Source: Trueperaceae bacterium
Lineage (GTDB): Bacteria; Deinococcota; Deinococci; Deinococcales; Trueperaceae
Reading direction: 5' to 3'
DNA: 64,000 nt
Assembly: GCA_965215565.1 (NCBI GenBank)
Contig: CBDCDZ010000004.1
Span: 3,296,001-3,360,000, forward strand
The notes below the pieces were generated by a model. That model made no database searches. It saw nothing but the letters and a program-made list of their open reading frames with translations, and was not told the DNA's origin. Within the stretch, counting starts at the first letter, position 1, and each line of letters starts with the position of its first letter. Below, in pieces: positions 1-9,834 of the stretch. A program made the translations under genes and the position numbers.

Positions 1-377
1 GTGACGAGCTGCCCGCTCGAGCGCCGCAAGACCGCCTTGATGCGCGCCACGACTTCTCTCGGGCTATAGGGCTTCACCACGTAGTCGTCCGCGCCCAAGC
101 CGAGCCCCAAAAGTTTGTCGACCTCTTCGTCTCTCGCGGTTAGCATGATGATCGGCACGCCCGACTCACTGCGGATGCGCCGCGCCACCTCGAAACCGTC
201 CAGAACGGGCAGCATGAGGTCCAACAAGACGAAGTCGGGCTGCGCGGCTCGCCACAGCTCCAAAGCCCGCGCCCCGTCTTTAGCGCGTTCGGTGCGGAAG
301 CCTTCGCGCTTTAGGTAGTCCTCGAGGATGTCCGCTAAGCGCGCCTCGTCCTCGACGATCAGGATGGTTTCTGCCAT
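1..377 (-). CDS. OmpR-family response regulator, 5' part (runs off window start)
   Basis: Manual translation from ATG 377: MAETILIVEDE...FVLLDLMLP...IIMLTARDEEVDKLLGLGLGADDYVVKPYSPREVVARIKAVLRR; receiver motifs intact. Confidence 0.92.
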   Translation of the reverse strand, partial: MAETILIVEDEARLADILEDYLKREGFRTERAKDGARALELWRAAQPDFVLLDLMLPVLDGFEVARRIRSESGVPIIMLTARDEEVDKLLGLGLGADDYVVKPYSPREVVARIKAVLRRSSGQLV

Positions 378-425
378 AGATACCTCAAAAAAGATGAAAA
401 AAAAGATGGAAAGAAGAGGTGTAGG

Positions 426-529
426 GGTTCTGAGTCGAACGCCGCCGTGTGCTCCTGCTGCCGTCTCCGCGTAATGAACAAGGGGTTTCAACCCCTTGCT
501 ACAACATCAGCGTCATTCCTAACAGAGCC
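426..529. repeat. Dispersed repeat family B (MITE/REP-like), copy 1
   Basis: GGTTCT...AGAGCC ends, internal CAAGGGGTTTCAACCCCTTG hairpin; aligns along its length with 51507-51611. Confidence 0.8.
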
Positions 530-625
530 ACTGCCGAGGTGAAAACGTTCTTGCTTCTGTCTTCTATTTATTCTAAACACAACCGTGAGCGCGGAGTCAG
601 GCTCCGCGCTCGGTGCACCCGTCGT

Positions 626-1078
626 CTAGTTCTCGAGCGTCCTCTTGACCGTCTCGAACTCCTCTTTACTGATTTCGCCTTTGGCAAACCTTGTGCGGGC
701 GATGTCTAAGGCGCGTTCGCGTCCCCAACTGCTGCCCAAGCTCCCTAAATTGCTGAGGTCAGGGAAGCTCGGACCGTCCCGTTTGTCGCTCTCGCCGCCT
801 AAACCACTGCGAATCGTCTCGAACTCCTCGGCGCTGATTTTGCCCTGGGCAAAACGCTCTTTCGCCATCCTAAGGGCGCTGTCTTCGCCGCTACTATCAC
901 CGTCCCAGCGGCTCCAGCCGCGACCTCTTCCGAACGGGGGGCGGTAGCGTCCGCGCCGCCCTAAAACGAAGGTGCGAAGAAGCCAAACCACCGTGATGAA
1001 AAAGAGAATCGTGCCCAAGAAGTTGAGAAAGCCTAAGCCGAACCCGTAACCGTGTCCCACTGCGTGTGCGTACTCCAT
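626..1078 (-). CDS. Membrane protein with two SHOCT domains
   Basis: One TM helix, then two copies of AL.(M/I)A..RFA.G.IS.EEFE; likely start ATG 1078 after AAAGGAAA. Confidence 0.85.
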   Translation of the reverse strand: MEYAHAVGHGYGFGLGFLNFLGTILFFITVVWLLRTFVLGRRGRYRPPFGRGRGWSRWDGDSSGEDSALRMAKERFAQGKISAEEFETIRSGLGGESDKRDGPSFPDLSNLGSLGSSWGRERALDIARTRFAKGEISKEEFETVKRTLEN

Positions 1079-1320
1079 GATGTTTCCTTTCCTCGAGCCA
1101 CTGCGAGTTTTCCCTTCTGCGAGGGTGTGGGCTCGAGCTGCTATGAGTGTAGGGCGCAGCCTGTGAAGCGCAGGTGGGCGCAATGTGGACACAGTGTGAA
1201 TGAGGTTGTGAAGGCGAAAACGGCGTGTGGCACGCACTTTAACTTCATGCGCGACCTCTTGGCTTTGTGACTGTCTCACGAGGACAGTCCGTCAATAACC
1301 CCCAAGGTATGCTCGTCAGA

Positions 1321-2241
1321 ATGATTCAGCATTTAGAAGCCGTCACACTAGGCGGCTTAGAGCAGTGGATTTACGTGAGCGGTGATCCTGAGAAGCCGCT
1401 CTTGCTCTTTTTGCACGGCGGCCCGGGCGTGGCGCAAATCGGCTTCGCGGAGCGCTTTCAGGGAGACCTCGAGAAGCACTTTCTAGTGGCGCACTGGGAC
1501 CAGCGCGGCGGCGGCAAGTCGTTTCGCGCCCGCACGCCAGATATGACGTTAGGGCAATATGTCTTAGATGCAGAAGAATTGTCGCGCTACCTCTTGAAAA
1601 CCTTTAACAAAGACAAGCTCTACCTCTTCGGGCACTCCTGGGGCGGCGCGTTCGGCGCAAAGGTGGCGCAGCGTGCGCCGGAGCTTTTCCACGCTTACAT
1701 CGCTCAGGGGATGCTCGTGCACGGTGAGGAGAACAAACGGCTCTCTTACAAGCGTGTTCAGGAGCAGTTAGAGAGTTTGGAAGACCGCGCCACCTTAAAG
1801 CGGCTTAAAAGTATGAGCGAACCGCCGCGCACAAACCAAATACGCGCATTTTTAGTCCAACGCTGGGCAACGTTGCGTTCAGGTGGGCTTTTTCACGACG
1901 AGAAATGCTGGCGTATTTACGCCCGCGCGATGTTCAGGTCAAAGACCTACACCTATAGAGACGTGCTCAGCTATCCGCTCGGCGTGCTCTCGTCCATTAG
2001 CTCACTCTGGGATGAGGTGCTGGAGGTTGACCTCTTTCGAGATGTGCCGCGCTTAGAGGTTCCTTTTTACCTTCTGATGGGACGTTACGACACGGTGACG
2101 CCACCCGAAATTGCGGAGCGGTTTTTGGAGAGGCTAGGGGCTCCTCACAAAGAAAAGGTCTGGTTCGAACATTCTGCCCACTGTCCGCACTTAGAAGAAC
2201 CGAAGCGCCTTGCGCAGGTGCTCTCCGAGCGTGTTTTATAG
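1321..2241 (+). CDS. Alpha/beta hydrolase (proline iminopeptidase-like)
   Basis: HGGPG, GHSWGG, GRYD, SAHCP motifs; start uncertain (1267/1309/1321). Confidence 0.85.
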   Translation: MIQHLEAVTLGGLEQWIYVSGDPEKPLLLFLHGGPGVAQIGFAERFQGDLEKHFLVAHWDQRGGGKSFRARTPDMTLGQYVLDAEELSRYLLKTFNKDKLYLFGHSWGGAFGAKVAQRAPELFHAYIAQGMLVHGEENKRLSYKRVQEQLESLEDRATLKRLKSMSEPPRTNQIRAFLVQRWATLRSGGLFHDEKCWRIYARAMFRSKTYTYRDVLSYPLGVLSSISSLWDEVLEVDLFRDVPRLEVPFYLLMGRYDTVTPPEIAERFLERLGAPHKEKVWFEHSAHCPHLEEPKRLAQVLSERVL

Positions 2242-2428
2242 GCTCGTACCGCTTGCTACGGTTGTAGAGGACCTTATCCACTAGAGTTTAGTTATTGAAG
2301 CGTTCGCTCGCCGAGGGTTTTAGAAGCGATTTTGAGGCTGAGCGGTAGAGAAGGAGACCCTGTGAAAATAACCGGAGTGAAATCAACCGGAGTGAAAACA
2401 ACCTGGCTAAACCCTGTGCGGATAAACC

Positions 2429-3412
2429 ATGCCTGACGCCGCCATCGTCGTCGAAGATGTCCACAAGCGGTTCGGCGACGTCGAGGCCTTAGCAGGCGTC
2501 GAACTTCGCGCCGAAGCGGGCAAGGTCTTTGGACTTCTAGGACCGAACGGCGCGGGTAAGACGACATTGGTGCGCATCCTCACCACGCTCCTCCAGCCGG
2601 ACAAGGGTGAGGTGCGCGTGCTCGGGCTCGACGTGACGCGCGAGGCGGAGGCGCTACGCGGGCTCGTCGGACTTGCCGGGCAGTACGCTGCTGTGGACGA
2701 AAACTTGACTGGGCGCGAGAATCTGGAGATGGTGGGGCAGCTCTACCACTTAGGGCGGCGCGAGGCGAAAAAGCGGGCGGGGGAGGTCTTGGCGCGGTTC
2801 TCGCTCGAGGACGCCGCCAACCGCCCCGTCAAAGGGTACTCGGGCGGGATGCGCCGCCGTTTGGACCTGGGCGCGAGTTTAGTCGGGCGTCCACAGGTGC
2901 TCTTTTTGGACGAGCCCACCACCGGGCTCGATCCGCGCAGCCGCTTGGAGATGTGGGACCTCATCAAAGAACTCGTGGCGGGTGGGACGACGCTCTTACT
3001 CACGACGCAGTATTTGGAGGAAGCCGACGAACTCGCTGAGCGCATCGCGGTCATCGACGACGGGCGCGTCATTGCGGAGGGCACGGCGGACGAACTCAAA
3101 GCGGAGTTGGCCTCGGACTTTTTGGAGCTTACGCTCGAGCACACTTCGGACGTGAGCCGCGCCGCCGACGTGCTCCGCGCGCTCGGCGCGGACGCGCCCC
3201 AAGTGAACGAGAGCGCCGGACGCCTCACCCTACCCGTCTCAGACGGACCGCAGAGCCTTATTCAAACGGTGCGGCGGCTCGACGAGGCGGACATCAGGCT
3301 CGCTGACCTGAGCCTGCGCCGACCCTCGCTCGACGACGTGTTTCTCTCGCTCACCGGCGAAAAGAAGCAGAGCAACAAGCAATCTAGTGCCGAATCCAGG
3401 AGCAATTCATGA
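2429..3412 (+). CDS. DrrA-family ABC exporter ATP-binding protein
   Basis: GPNGAGKT, YSGGMRRRLDL, FLDEPTTGLDP, TTQYLEEAD. Confidence 0.92.
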   Translation: MPDAAIVVEDVHKRFGDVEALAGVELRAEAGKVFGLLGPNGAGKTTLVRILTTLLQPDKGEVRVLGLDVTREAEALRGLVGLAGQYAAVDENLTGRENLEMVGQLYHLGRREAKKRAGEVLARFSLEDAANRPVKGYSGGMRRRLDLGASLVGRPQVLFLDEPTTGLDPRSRLEMWDLIKELVAGGTTLLLTTQYLEEADELAERIAVIDDGRVIAEGTADELKAELASDFLELTLEHTSDVSRAADVLRALGADAPQVNESAGRLTLPVSDGPQSLIQTVRRLDEADIRLADLSLRRPSLDDVFLSLTGEKKQSNKQSSAESRSNS

Positions 3413-4248
3413 GTTTAAGCGCCCAGAAAACCGAAGCCCGTCCAGCCGAACCCTCCGCCCCGACGTTGTGGCAGCGCGTCTCCTACAACGTCAACGACAC
3501 GCTCGTCATGGCCTGGCGCAACCTCATCCGTTACACGCGGCTGCCACAACTCCTGGTCTTTTCCACCATCCAGCCCGTGATGTTCGTCCTGCTCTTCGCC
3601 TTCGTCTTCGGCGGCGCAATCGAGACGCCCGGCACGAGCTACATCAACTACCTCATCCCCGGCATCCTCATCCAGAGCGTGCTCTTCGGCGCGTCGCAAA
3701 CGACCGTCGGTTTGGCCGAAGACCTCTCGAAAGGAATGGTGGACCGCTTCCGCTCGCTGCCGATGGCGCGGGGCGCAGTTTTGGCGGGGCGCACCTTAGC
3801 AGACAGCGCCCGTAACGTCTTCGTCGTGCTGCTCATGCTCGTGGTTAGCTCTATCATCGGCTTTCGCTTCGAGGGGAGCATCTTACAAGCGGTAGGGGCA
3901 GTTGCTCTAGTGGTCTTTTTCGGCTTCGCCTTCTCCTGGATTTCGGCGCTGATTGGTCTTTTGGTGCGAGACCCCGAGAGCGCGGACGCCGCCGGGTTCG
4001 TCTGGATTTTCCCGCTCGTCTTCGCGAGTTCGGCGTTCGTACCCGTCCAGACGATGCCGGGGTGGTTGCGCACCTTTGCGGAGGTGCAACCCATCTCGGT
4101 GACGGTGGACGCGGTGCGCTACCTCACCTCGGGGGGCGCGGCACCTGGCGCGGCGTCTGATGACGTGCTCTGGGCGTGTCTTTGGGCACTCGGGATTCTC
4201 GCGGTGTTTGTACCCTTAGCCGTGGCGCAGTATCGGCGGAGCACTTGA
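3409..4248 (+). CDS. ABC-2 type permease (DrrB-like)
   Basis: Six TM segments, DRFRSLP motif, 4-bp overlap with the ATPase gene. Confidence 0.9.
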   Translation: MSLSAQKTEARPAEPSAPTLWQRVSYNVNDTLVMAWRNLIRYTRLPQLLVFSTIQPVMFVLLFAFVFGGAIETPGTSYINYLIPGILIQSVLFGASQTTVGLAEDLSKGMVDRFRSLPMARGAVLAGRTLADSARNVFVVLLMLVVSSIIGFRFEGSILQAVGAVALVVFFGFAFSWISALIGLLVRDPESADAAGFVWIFPLVFASSAFVPVQTMPGWLRTFAEVQPISVTVDAVRYLTSGGAAPGAASDDVLWACLWALGILAVFVPLAVAQYRRST

Positions 4249-4291
4249 GCAACGTGCGAAAAGAGCCTTCAGATAGCAGAGGTAGAGCAGG

Positions 4292-5155
4292 ATGAATCCT
4301 ATTATGGTGACAGGCGCGACGGGCAACGTCGGCGCGGAGATAGTGCGTCTTCTTGTGGAGCAGGGCTACCCCGCGAGAGCCGCCATGCGGGACGTGCAAG
4401 GAGCAGAAGAGAGGTTCGGTGAGGGTACGGACCTCATCGACTACGTCTCCTTCAATTTTGGCAGACCGGAAACTTACGAGGCTGCTTTTAGAGGCGTCAA
4501 GGCGATGTTCCTTATGCGCCCGCCCGCCGTGGCAGACGCGAGCAAGCTCAACGCAGCCGTGGACGCGGCAAAAGTGGCGGGCGTTCAGCACGTCGTCTTT
4601 CTCTCGCTGCAAGGCGTCGAGAAAAATCCTGTCGTACCCCACGCTAAAACGGAGAAGTATCTCAAATCCTCCGGTCTCACCTATACCTTTTTGCGCGCCT
4701 CATTTTTCATGCAAAACTTAGATACCACGCACCGAAAAGACATTGCCGAGTACGGCGAAATCTTTGTGCCCGCGGGCAGAGGCAAAACGAGTTTCATCGA
4801 CGTGCGCGATATTGCGGCGGTAGCGGTCAAAGCGCTCACCGAAGAAGGTCATGAAAACCGCGCGTACGAACTCACGGGCGCGGACGCGCTCGACTACTTC
4901 CAGGTAGCGGATATCTTCACTGACGTTCTGGGTAAAGAGGTCACCTATCCCAACCCGTCGCCCTGGCGCTTCTGGCGGCGGATGAGGAAGAGAGGGCTGG
5001 AGGTCCCCTTCATCCTCGTAATGATTGGGCTCTATACGGCTTGTCGGTTCGGGCTAGCGTCTAACGTGACGCGGAATACGGCGCAGCTTTTGGGGCGGAG
5101 ACCGATCTCGGTGCGGCAGTATGTCGAGGACTACAAGGAGAGCTGGCTACTTTAA
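4292..5155 (+). CDS. NmrA-like NAD(P)H-binding atypical SDR protein
   Basis: VTGATGNVG, LRASFFMQN, IDVRDIA. Confidence 0.88.
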   Translation: MNPIMVTGATGNVGAEIVRLLVEQGYPARAAMRDVQGAEERFGEGTDLIDYVSFNFGRPETYEAAFRGVKAMFLMRPPAVADASKLNAAVDAAKVAGVQHVVFLSLQGVEKNPVVPHAKTEKYLKSSGLTYTFLRASFFMQNLDTTHRKDIAEYGEIFVPAGRGKTSFIDVRDIAAVAVKALTEEGHENRAYELTGADALDYFQVADIFTDVLGKEVTYPNPSPWRFWRRMRKRGLEVPFILVMIGLYTACRFGLASNVTRNTAQLLGRRPISVRQYVEDYKESWLL

Positions 5156-5216
5156 GAACAAGAAGCGGATAGCCCTCTCTCTACTGCGGCTCCTAAACTG
5201 TGTTCAGGAGGTTAAA

Positions 5217-6311
5217 ATGATGGTCATGACCTTGACTGAAAGGGACGAAAGCGCCAAGTGGCAAGCCGTCCTAGCGCGTGACAGAACCGCCGACGGGACC
5301 TTTGTCTACGCTGTGCAAACCACCCGAATTTACTGCCGCCCGACGTGTCCCTCCAAACGCCCCAAACGCGAAAATGCGCTCTTCTTCGGGAGCGCAGGGG
5401 ACGCGGAAAACGCAGGCTTCCGTCCCTGCTTGCGCTGCAAGCCGAATGAGGTGAGCCTCGAGCAAAAGGTAGTGGCGCAGCTTCAATCTCTGCTGGAAAC
5501 GCGCTACCCCGCGCCCACACTGAGCGAACTCGCCGCCGAAGTAGACCTCAGCCCGAGCTACGTACAAAAACTCTTCAAAAAGGTGACGGGGCTGAGCCCT
5601 AAAAAGTATGCGAACGCGCTGCGCGCAGAGAAGTTAGCGGACGAACTCAGAATGCAGGGGACGGTGACGGCGGCGATGTACGGCGCGGGATACGGCTCGA
5701 GCCACGCCCTCTACCGCACCTCTTCACAGGATTTAGGGATGAACCCTAAGGCCTATCAAACAGGTGGCAGAGGAGAATGGGTGACGTACGCATTGGCAGA
5801 TACCTCGTTAGGAAGAATGCTCATCGCGGCGACGGACAAGGGCGTGTGCGCCTTGCGCTTCGGTGAAGATGAGGTGCTTTTGGCGGAACTTAAAGAGGAG
5901 TTTCCGAACGCAGAATTGCATCAAGACACCGCCTCTCTAGCGCCTCTTACCGAAGAGGTCGAGTCTCATCTAGCGGGAACACTGCCGACGCTCAATCTAC
6001 CTCTCGACGTGCACGCCACCGACTTTCAAAAGCGCGTGTGGCGCGCCTTACAGAGCGTTCCTTACGGCGAGACGCGCTCGTATGCGCAGCTTGCGGAGAT
6101 GATCGGGCAGCCTAAAGCGGTGCGAGCGGTGGCGAGAGCGTGCGCTACCAATCCGGTCGCGCTCAGCATCCCTTGTCACCGAATTGTGCGTTCGGGTGGT
6201 GGGCTCAGCGGCTACCGCTGGGGCGTGGAACGTAAGAAGAGGTTGCTGAACCAAGAAGCTGCGCACGCCAGCGATCTGTTCAGGGGCGGTCTGTTTGCGG
6301 GCGCTGAGTAG
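5217..6311 (+). CDS. ada: Bifunctional Ada regulator / O6-methylguanine-DNA methyltransferase
   Basis: YCRPTC and RPCLRC Zn domain, AraC-type HTH, IPCHR active site; AGGAGG before ATG 5217. Confidence 0.93.
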   Translation: MMVMTLTERDESAKWQAVLARDRTADGTFVYAVQTTRIYCRPTCPSKRPKRENALFFGSAGDAENAGFRPCLRCKPNEVSLEQKVVAQLQSLLETRYPAPTLSELAAEVDLSPSYVQKLFKKVTGLSPKKYANALRAEKLADELRMQGTVTAAMYGAGYGSSHALYRTSSQDLGMNPKAYQTGGRGEWVTYALADTSLGRMLIAATDKGVCALRFGEDEVLLAELKEEFPNAELHQDTASLAPLTEEVESHLAGTLPTLNLPLDVHATDFQKRVWRALQSVPYGETRSYAQLAEMIGQPKAVRAVARACATNPVALSIPCHRIVRSGGGLSGYRWGVERKKRLLNQEAAHASDLFRGGLFAGAE

Positions 6312-6444
6312 ATGCGAGATATAAACATCGGTTGTGCAAACATCGGTCGTGAATGAAAGGAGCGGGACTCGCTAGAGTTTGCGTGGTGTTCAACCAAAAT
6401 CCGTGTGAGACTTGCTGTATTGGCGGCAGCCTCCAGATAGGTTA

Positions 6445-7308
6445 ATGTCAACTATGTTCTCGCTCTACCTCATTGCGGTGATGTCTTTGCTCACGGTGCT
6501 TCTCGTAGTGCTCGTCCGGCAGCGCGGACTCTCCACGGACACCTCTTCGGTGCGCGACTGGCAGCCTGACTTCGCCGAGCAAGCGTACAGCGTTATAGAG
6601 GGAGACACCTTAACGCTCCACAATGTCCGCAATACGCGCTACCCGGACGTGGGTGAGCCCTACAAAGTGGTGTGGGAGACGCGCCAGTACGACCTCGGTA
6701 AAGTTCAACGCCTCTGGTTCCTCATCGCTTCGTTCAGCCGCTTTGAGGTTGTCGCGCACACCTTCTTGAGCTTCGAGTTTGAGGATGGGCAGTTTTTAGC
6801 TGTGTCGGTAGAAGCTCGTCCCGAGCGGGGTAGAGACTACAACCTCGTCGAGGGCGTGCTCCGCCACTTCGAGCTGAGCTACGTGTTTGGCGACGAGCGC
6901 GACCTCATCTTGCGGCGAACGCTCTATCAAGACACCGAGGTCTACCTCTATCCGCTCGTCACGCCACCAGAAGAGGTCCGCAGCTTGCTCGTTCGCATGG
7001 TGGAGCGAGCCAACGACATCCGCAAGAATGCCCGCTTCTATAACAGCATCACGGAAAACTGCACGAGCGTCCTGCGCGAGCACGCCAATGAGGTGCGCCC
7101 CGGCTCCTTCCCCTCATTCGTGCTCGCCCAGGTGATGCCAGGAATTTCAGACCGGGTGCTCTACCGCAAAGGTTGGATTGACACCAGTTTACCTTTCGAG
7201 AAGATTCGGGAGCATTTCGCGGTGCAGGAAAAGTCGCGGCGCTGTGAGGCGGATGAGGCGTTCTCCCACTGTATCCGACACCGTATCCGGGAGAATTTAG
7301 AGAGATGA
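6445..7308 (+). CDS. DUF4105 (Lnb N-terminal domain-like) membrane-anchored protein
   Basis: N-terminal TM helix; AHTFLSFEF, SVEAR, DERD, FYNSITENCT motifs. Confidence 0.75.
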   Translation: MSTMFSLYLIAVMSLLTVLLVVLVRQRGLSTDTSSVRDWQPDFAEQAYSVIEGDTLTLHNVRNTRYPDVGEPYKVVWETRQYDLGKVQRLWFLIASFSRFEVVAHTFLSFEFEDGQFLAVSVEARPERGRDYNLVEGVLRHFELSYVFGDERDLILRRTLYQDTEVYLYPLVTPPEEVRSLLVRMVERANDIRKNARFYNSITENCTSVLREHANEVRPGSFPSFVLAQVMPGISDRVLYRKGWIDTSLPFEKIREHFAVQEKSRRCEADEAFSHCIRHRIRENLER

Positions 7309-7985
7309 GCGCCGTCGCGGACCTGTGGGGCGTCATCTGGAGCAGCCTCACACTGGATTCGAACCTGTGGCGTGACCTCACCGAGCCTGATGCGCTGCGT
7401 TTTCGGTTCGCCATTCTCATTGTGGTCATCGCGGGCTTGTCCGAAGCCGTGGCGCAGAGCGTGGTCTTATTCCTCAATCAGATCAGGGCGCACCGCTTCA
7501 TGGCGAGCTTGCTCATCAACGCGCTGCTCTTCACTTTCGGTTACGTGTTTTATGTGCTGAGCATCAACGTCGTCGCCCGCGCCCTGTACGGCGCGCCGCG
7601 CACGAACGAGCTTATCTTGACTAGCGTCGCACTCACCTACGCGCCGCTCATCTTGAGTTTTACGACGCTCATCCCTTACTTCGGGCGCGGTATCAGAATT
7701 CTCTTATCGGTGTATCACGTGTTGGCGCTGCTCATCGCGGTGCGGGTGGTGTTTGCGTTGGAACCTCTTCAAGCCCTCGTCTGCGTTGCGGTGGGTTGGA
7801 CGCTCTACACATTACTGAGCGGCACGCTCGGACGCCCGATCATCTCGCTGGCACGCTTTATACGCTACCGCTTTGCGGGCAAACAACTCTTAGAGGTGCA
7901 AGAGTTGCGCCGCCGCTACCGCGAACGGCTCGCGCTCCGCCAGGATGAGGCGCTGAGCGAACATCCGGGCGAGGAAAACCAGTGA
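7305..7985 (+). CDS. Multi-pass membrane protein (Yip1-like)
   Basis: About five hydrophobic helices; 4-bp overlaps with both neighbours. Confidence 0.65.
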   Translation: MSAVADLWGVIWSSLTLDSNLWRDLTEPDALRFRFAILIVVIAGLSEAVAQSVVLFLNQIRAHRFMASLLINALLFTFGYVFYVLSINVVARALYGAPRTNELILTSVALTYAPLILSFTTLIPYFGRGIRILLSVYHVLALLIAVRVVFALEPLQALVCVAVGWTLYTLLSGTLGRPIISLARFIRYRFAGKQLLEVQELRRRYRERLALRQDEALSEHPGEENQ

Positions 7986-8944
7986 TCACCACCTTGCTGC
8001 TAAGCGGCTTAGCCGCGCTTTTACTGATGGGGCTCCTCGCGCCTTTTGAGACGTTCGGCTGGTGGGCGGGCTGGTACGGTGAGAAGCCGGGCGAGCGTGC
8101 GCTACCTGACCCCAGTGAGGTGCCGCAGAGTGACGCCGCGCAGTTCGTGGTGTATCTGACGGGCATCAACGGGCTCAATCCTGAGGAGTACACCGAAGCG
8201 GAACAGGTCTTTCTAGCCGAACTCAGGGCGCGACTCCCCGATATTGAATTAGTCGAGGACGCTTATCCGTACGCGGCAAGCAACGAGGCGCTTACGGGCG
8301 AGCGCGTCTTCGCCTGGTTTTGGCGGCGTTTGGGCGACATGAGGGGCAAGGGGGCGCTCAGCCTCATCACCTACCTCATTCACGTGCGCAACATCTGGCA
8401 AGTGCTGGTCTCTTCGGATAACCGCTTCGGTCCCCTCTATAACTACGCCACCGCGCAGCACGTGCTTATTAGGCTTTTGGAGCACGGCTATCCGCTGGGC
8501 AGGGGCACCCCCGTCACCCTGATTGGCTATAGCGGCGGCGGGCAGATTTCAGTGGGCGCGGCTCCCCTCTTAGAAGACGCAATCGGCGCGCCCGTCCACG
8601 TCATCTCACTAGGCGGCGTGATCAGCTCGAACCGCAACATCATGGCGTTAGACGGTCTAGTGCACCTCTACGGCTCCAAGGACGCGGTGCAGCGCCTAGG
8701 CTATATCTTCTTTCCGCAGCGCTGGCCCTTTTTACGCTGGACGGCTTGGAACAAGGCGCGGCGGGCGGGCATCATCACGCGCATCCTGGTGGGACCGATG
8801 GTCCACGTCGGCGCAGGGGATTACATGGACCCGAACGCAATGCTGGAGGGTGGGCAGAGCTACTTGGATAAGACGTTGGGGGTGGTGAGCGAGCTGCTCA
8901 AAACGTTTCAAACAAGCGAGCGGAGCCGGGTGGAAACAACCTAA
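7982..8944 (+). CDS. Membrane-anchored alpha/beta-hydrolase-fold protein
   Basis: N-terminal hydrophobic helix, IGYSGGGQ nucleophile elbow, later D and H candidates. Confidence 0.65.
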   Translation: MITTLLLSGLAALLLMGLLAPFETFGWWAGWYGEKPGERALPDPSEVPQSDAAQFVVYLTGINGLNPEEYTEAEQVFLAELRARLPDIELVEDAYPYAASNEALTGERVFAWFWRRLGDMRGKGALSLITYLIHVRNIWQVLVSSDNRFGPLYNYATAQHVLIRLLEHGYPLGRGTPVTLIGYSGGGQISVGAAPLLEDAIGAPVHVISLGGVISSNRNIMALDGLVHLYGSKDAVQRLGYIFFPQRWPFLRWTAWNKARRAGIITRILVGPMVHVGAGDYMDPNAMLEGGQSYLDKTLGVVSELLKTFQTSERSRVETT

Positions 8945-8952
8945 GCTCACTA

Positions 8953-9034
8953 TAGCAAGTATCATTTGATTTGAGCCAGTCTCACGCTGGAGAACATCGA
9001 CGAGCACGCACATTCTTAAATGATACTTGCGCTA
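8953..9034. repeat. Dispersed repeat family A (MITE-like), short copy
   Basis: Perfect 13-bp inverted repeat GCAAGTATCATTT/AAATGATACTTGC; internal AGAACATCG and AGCACGCAC blocks shared with other copies. Confidence 0.7.
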
Positions 9035-9185
9035 TTTCAATTCAGCACTTCTGTGAATTGCTTTGTATGTTTCAAGGGTCTAGCAGAACCTCAAGGAGCG
9101 AAGGGACGCCCTCAAGGATACTTTTGTAAAGCTGTCGTTAAGGGCGCGGCGCAACGTCCGCCTCCTCTTGCTTTATACTTCTCGC

Positions 9186-9632
9186 ATGGCTACACAGTTA
9201 CAGAAGATCGCGGTGCGCCCCGTTAGCAGCGACAACTGGCGCGACGTGAGTACACTAGAAGTTACCCAAGCGCAACGTGACTTTGTCGCTGAGCCGAACT
9301 TTTATCTCGCGCTATGCTGCTACGACACCTGGAACCCGCTCGCTATCTTCCTCGGTGAAACCGTTATAGGTTTCATGATGTGGGGGCTCGAGGAGGGAAG
9401 CTGTTGGCTGGGTGGTATCCTCATAGACCGGCGGTACCAGGGAAGAGGCTACGGGCGGCGCGCGGTGCAAGAGGCGGTGGAGGTGCTTGCGGCGCAAACG
9501 GGCGTGTCGGACTTCGCGCTCTCCTATCAGCCGACGAACGCCTTGGCTAGGCACCTCTATACCTCGGAGGGGTTTGTAGAGACGGGCGAGAGGGAAGATG
9601 ACGAGGTGGTGGCGAGGCTGAAGGTGAGGTGA
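9186..9632 (+). CDS. GNAT acetyltransferase (spermidine N-acetyltransferase-like)
   Basis: IDRRYQGRGYG acetyl-CoA motif, N..A..LY...GF; TATACT 6 nt upstream of ATG. Confidence 0.88.
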   Translation: MATQLQKIAVRPVSSDNWRDVSTLEVTQAQRDFVAEPNFYLALCCYDTWNPLAIFLGETVIGFMMWGLEEGSCWLGGILIDRRYQGRGYGRRAVQEAVEVLAAQTGVSDFALSYQPTNALARHLYTSEGFVETGEREDDEVVARLKVR

Positions 9633-9834
9633 AAGCTCGAGCCTCAGCTTCACTGCGCTTTCACTGCGTCTATCTCTCAACCGAGTTTCTCTAAGGTCAA
9701 CGGTTTAGAGGTGTGAGTAGAAAGGCTGAGCGTCCTCGAGACCTTCAATTCTCGAAACCCGCAGTCCCCCTGCAGAGCCGCGCATGACATCCGAACGTCA
9801 TTCCCTCTAAACAGAACGTGTAACACTACCTCCT

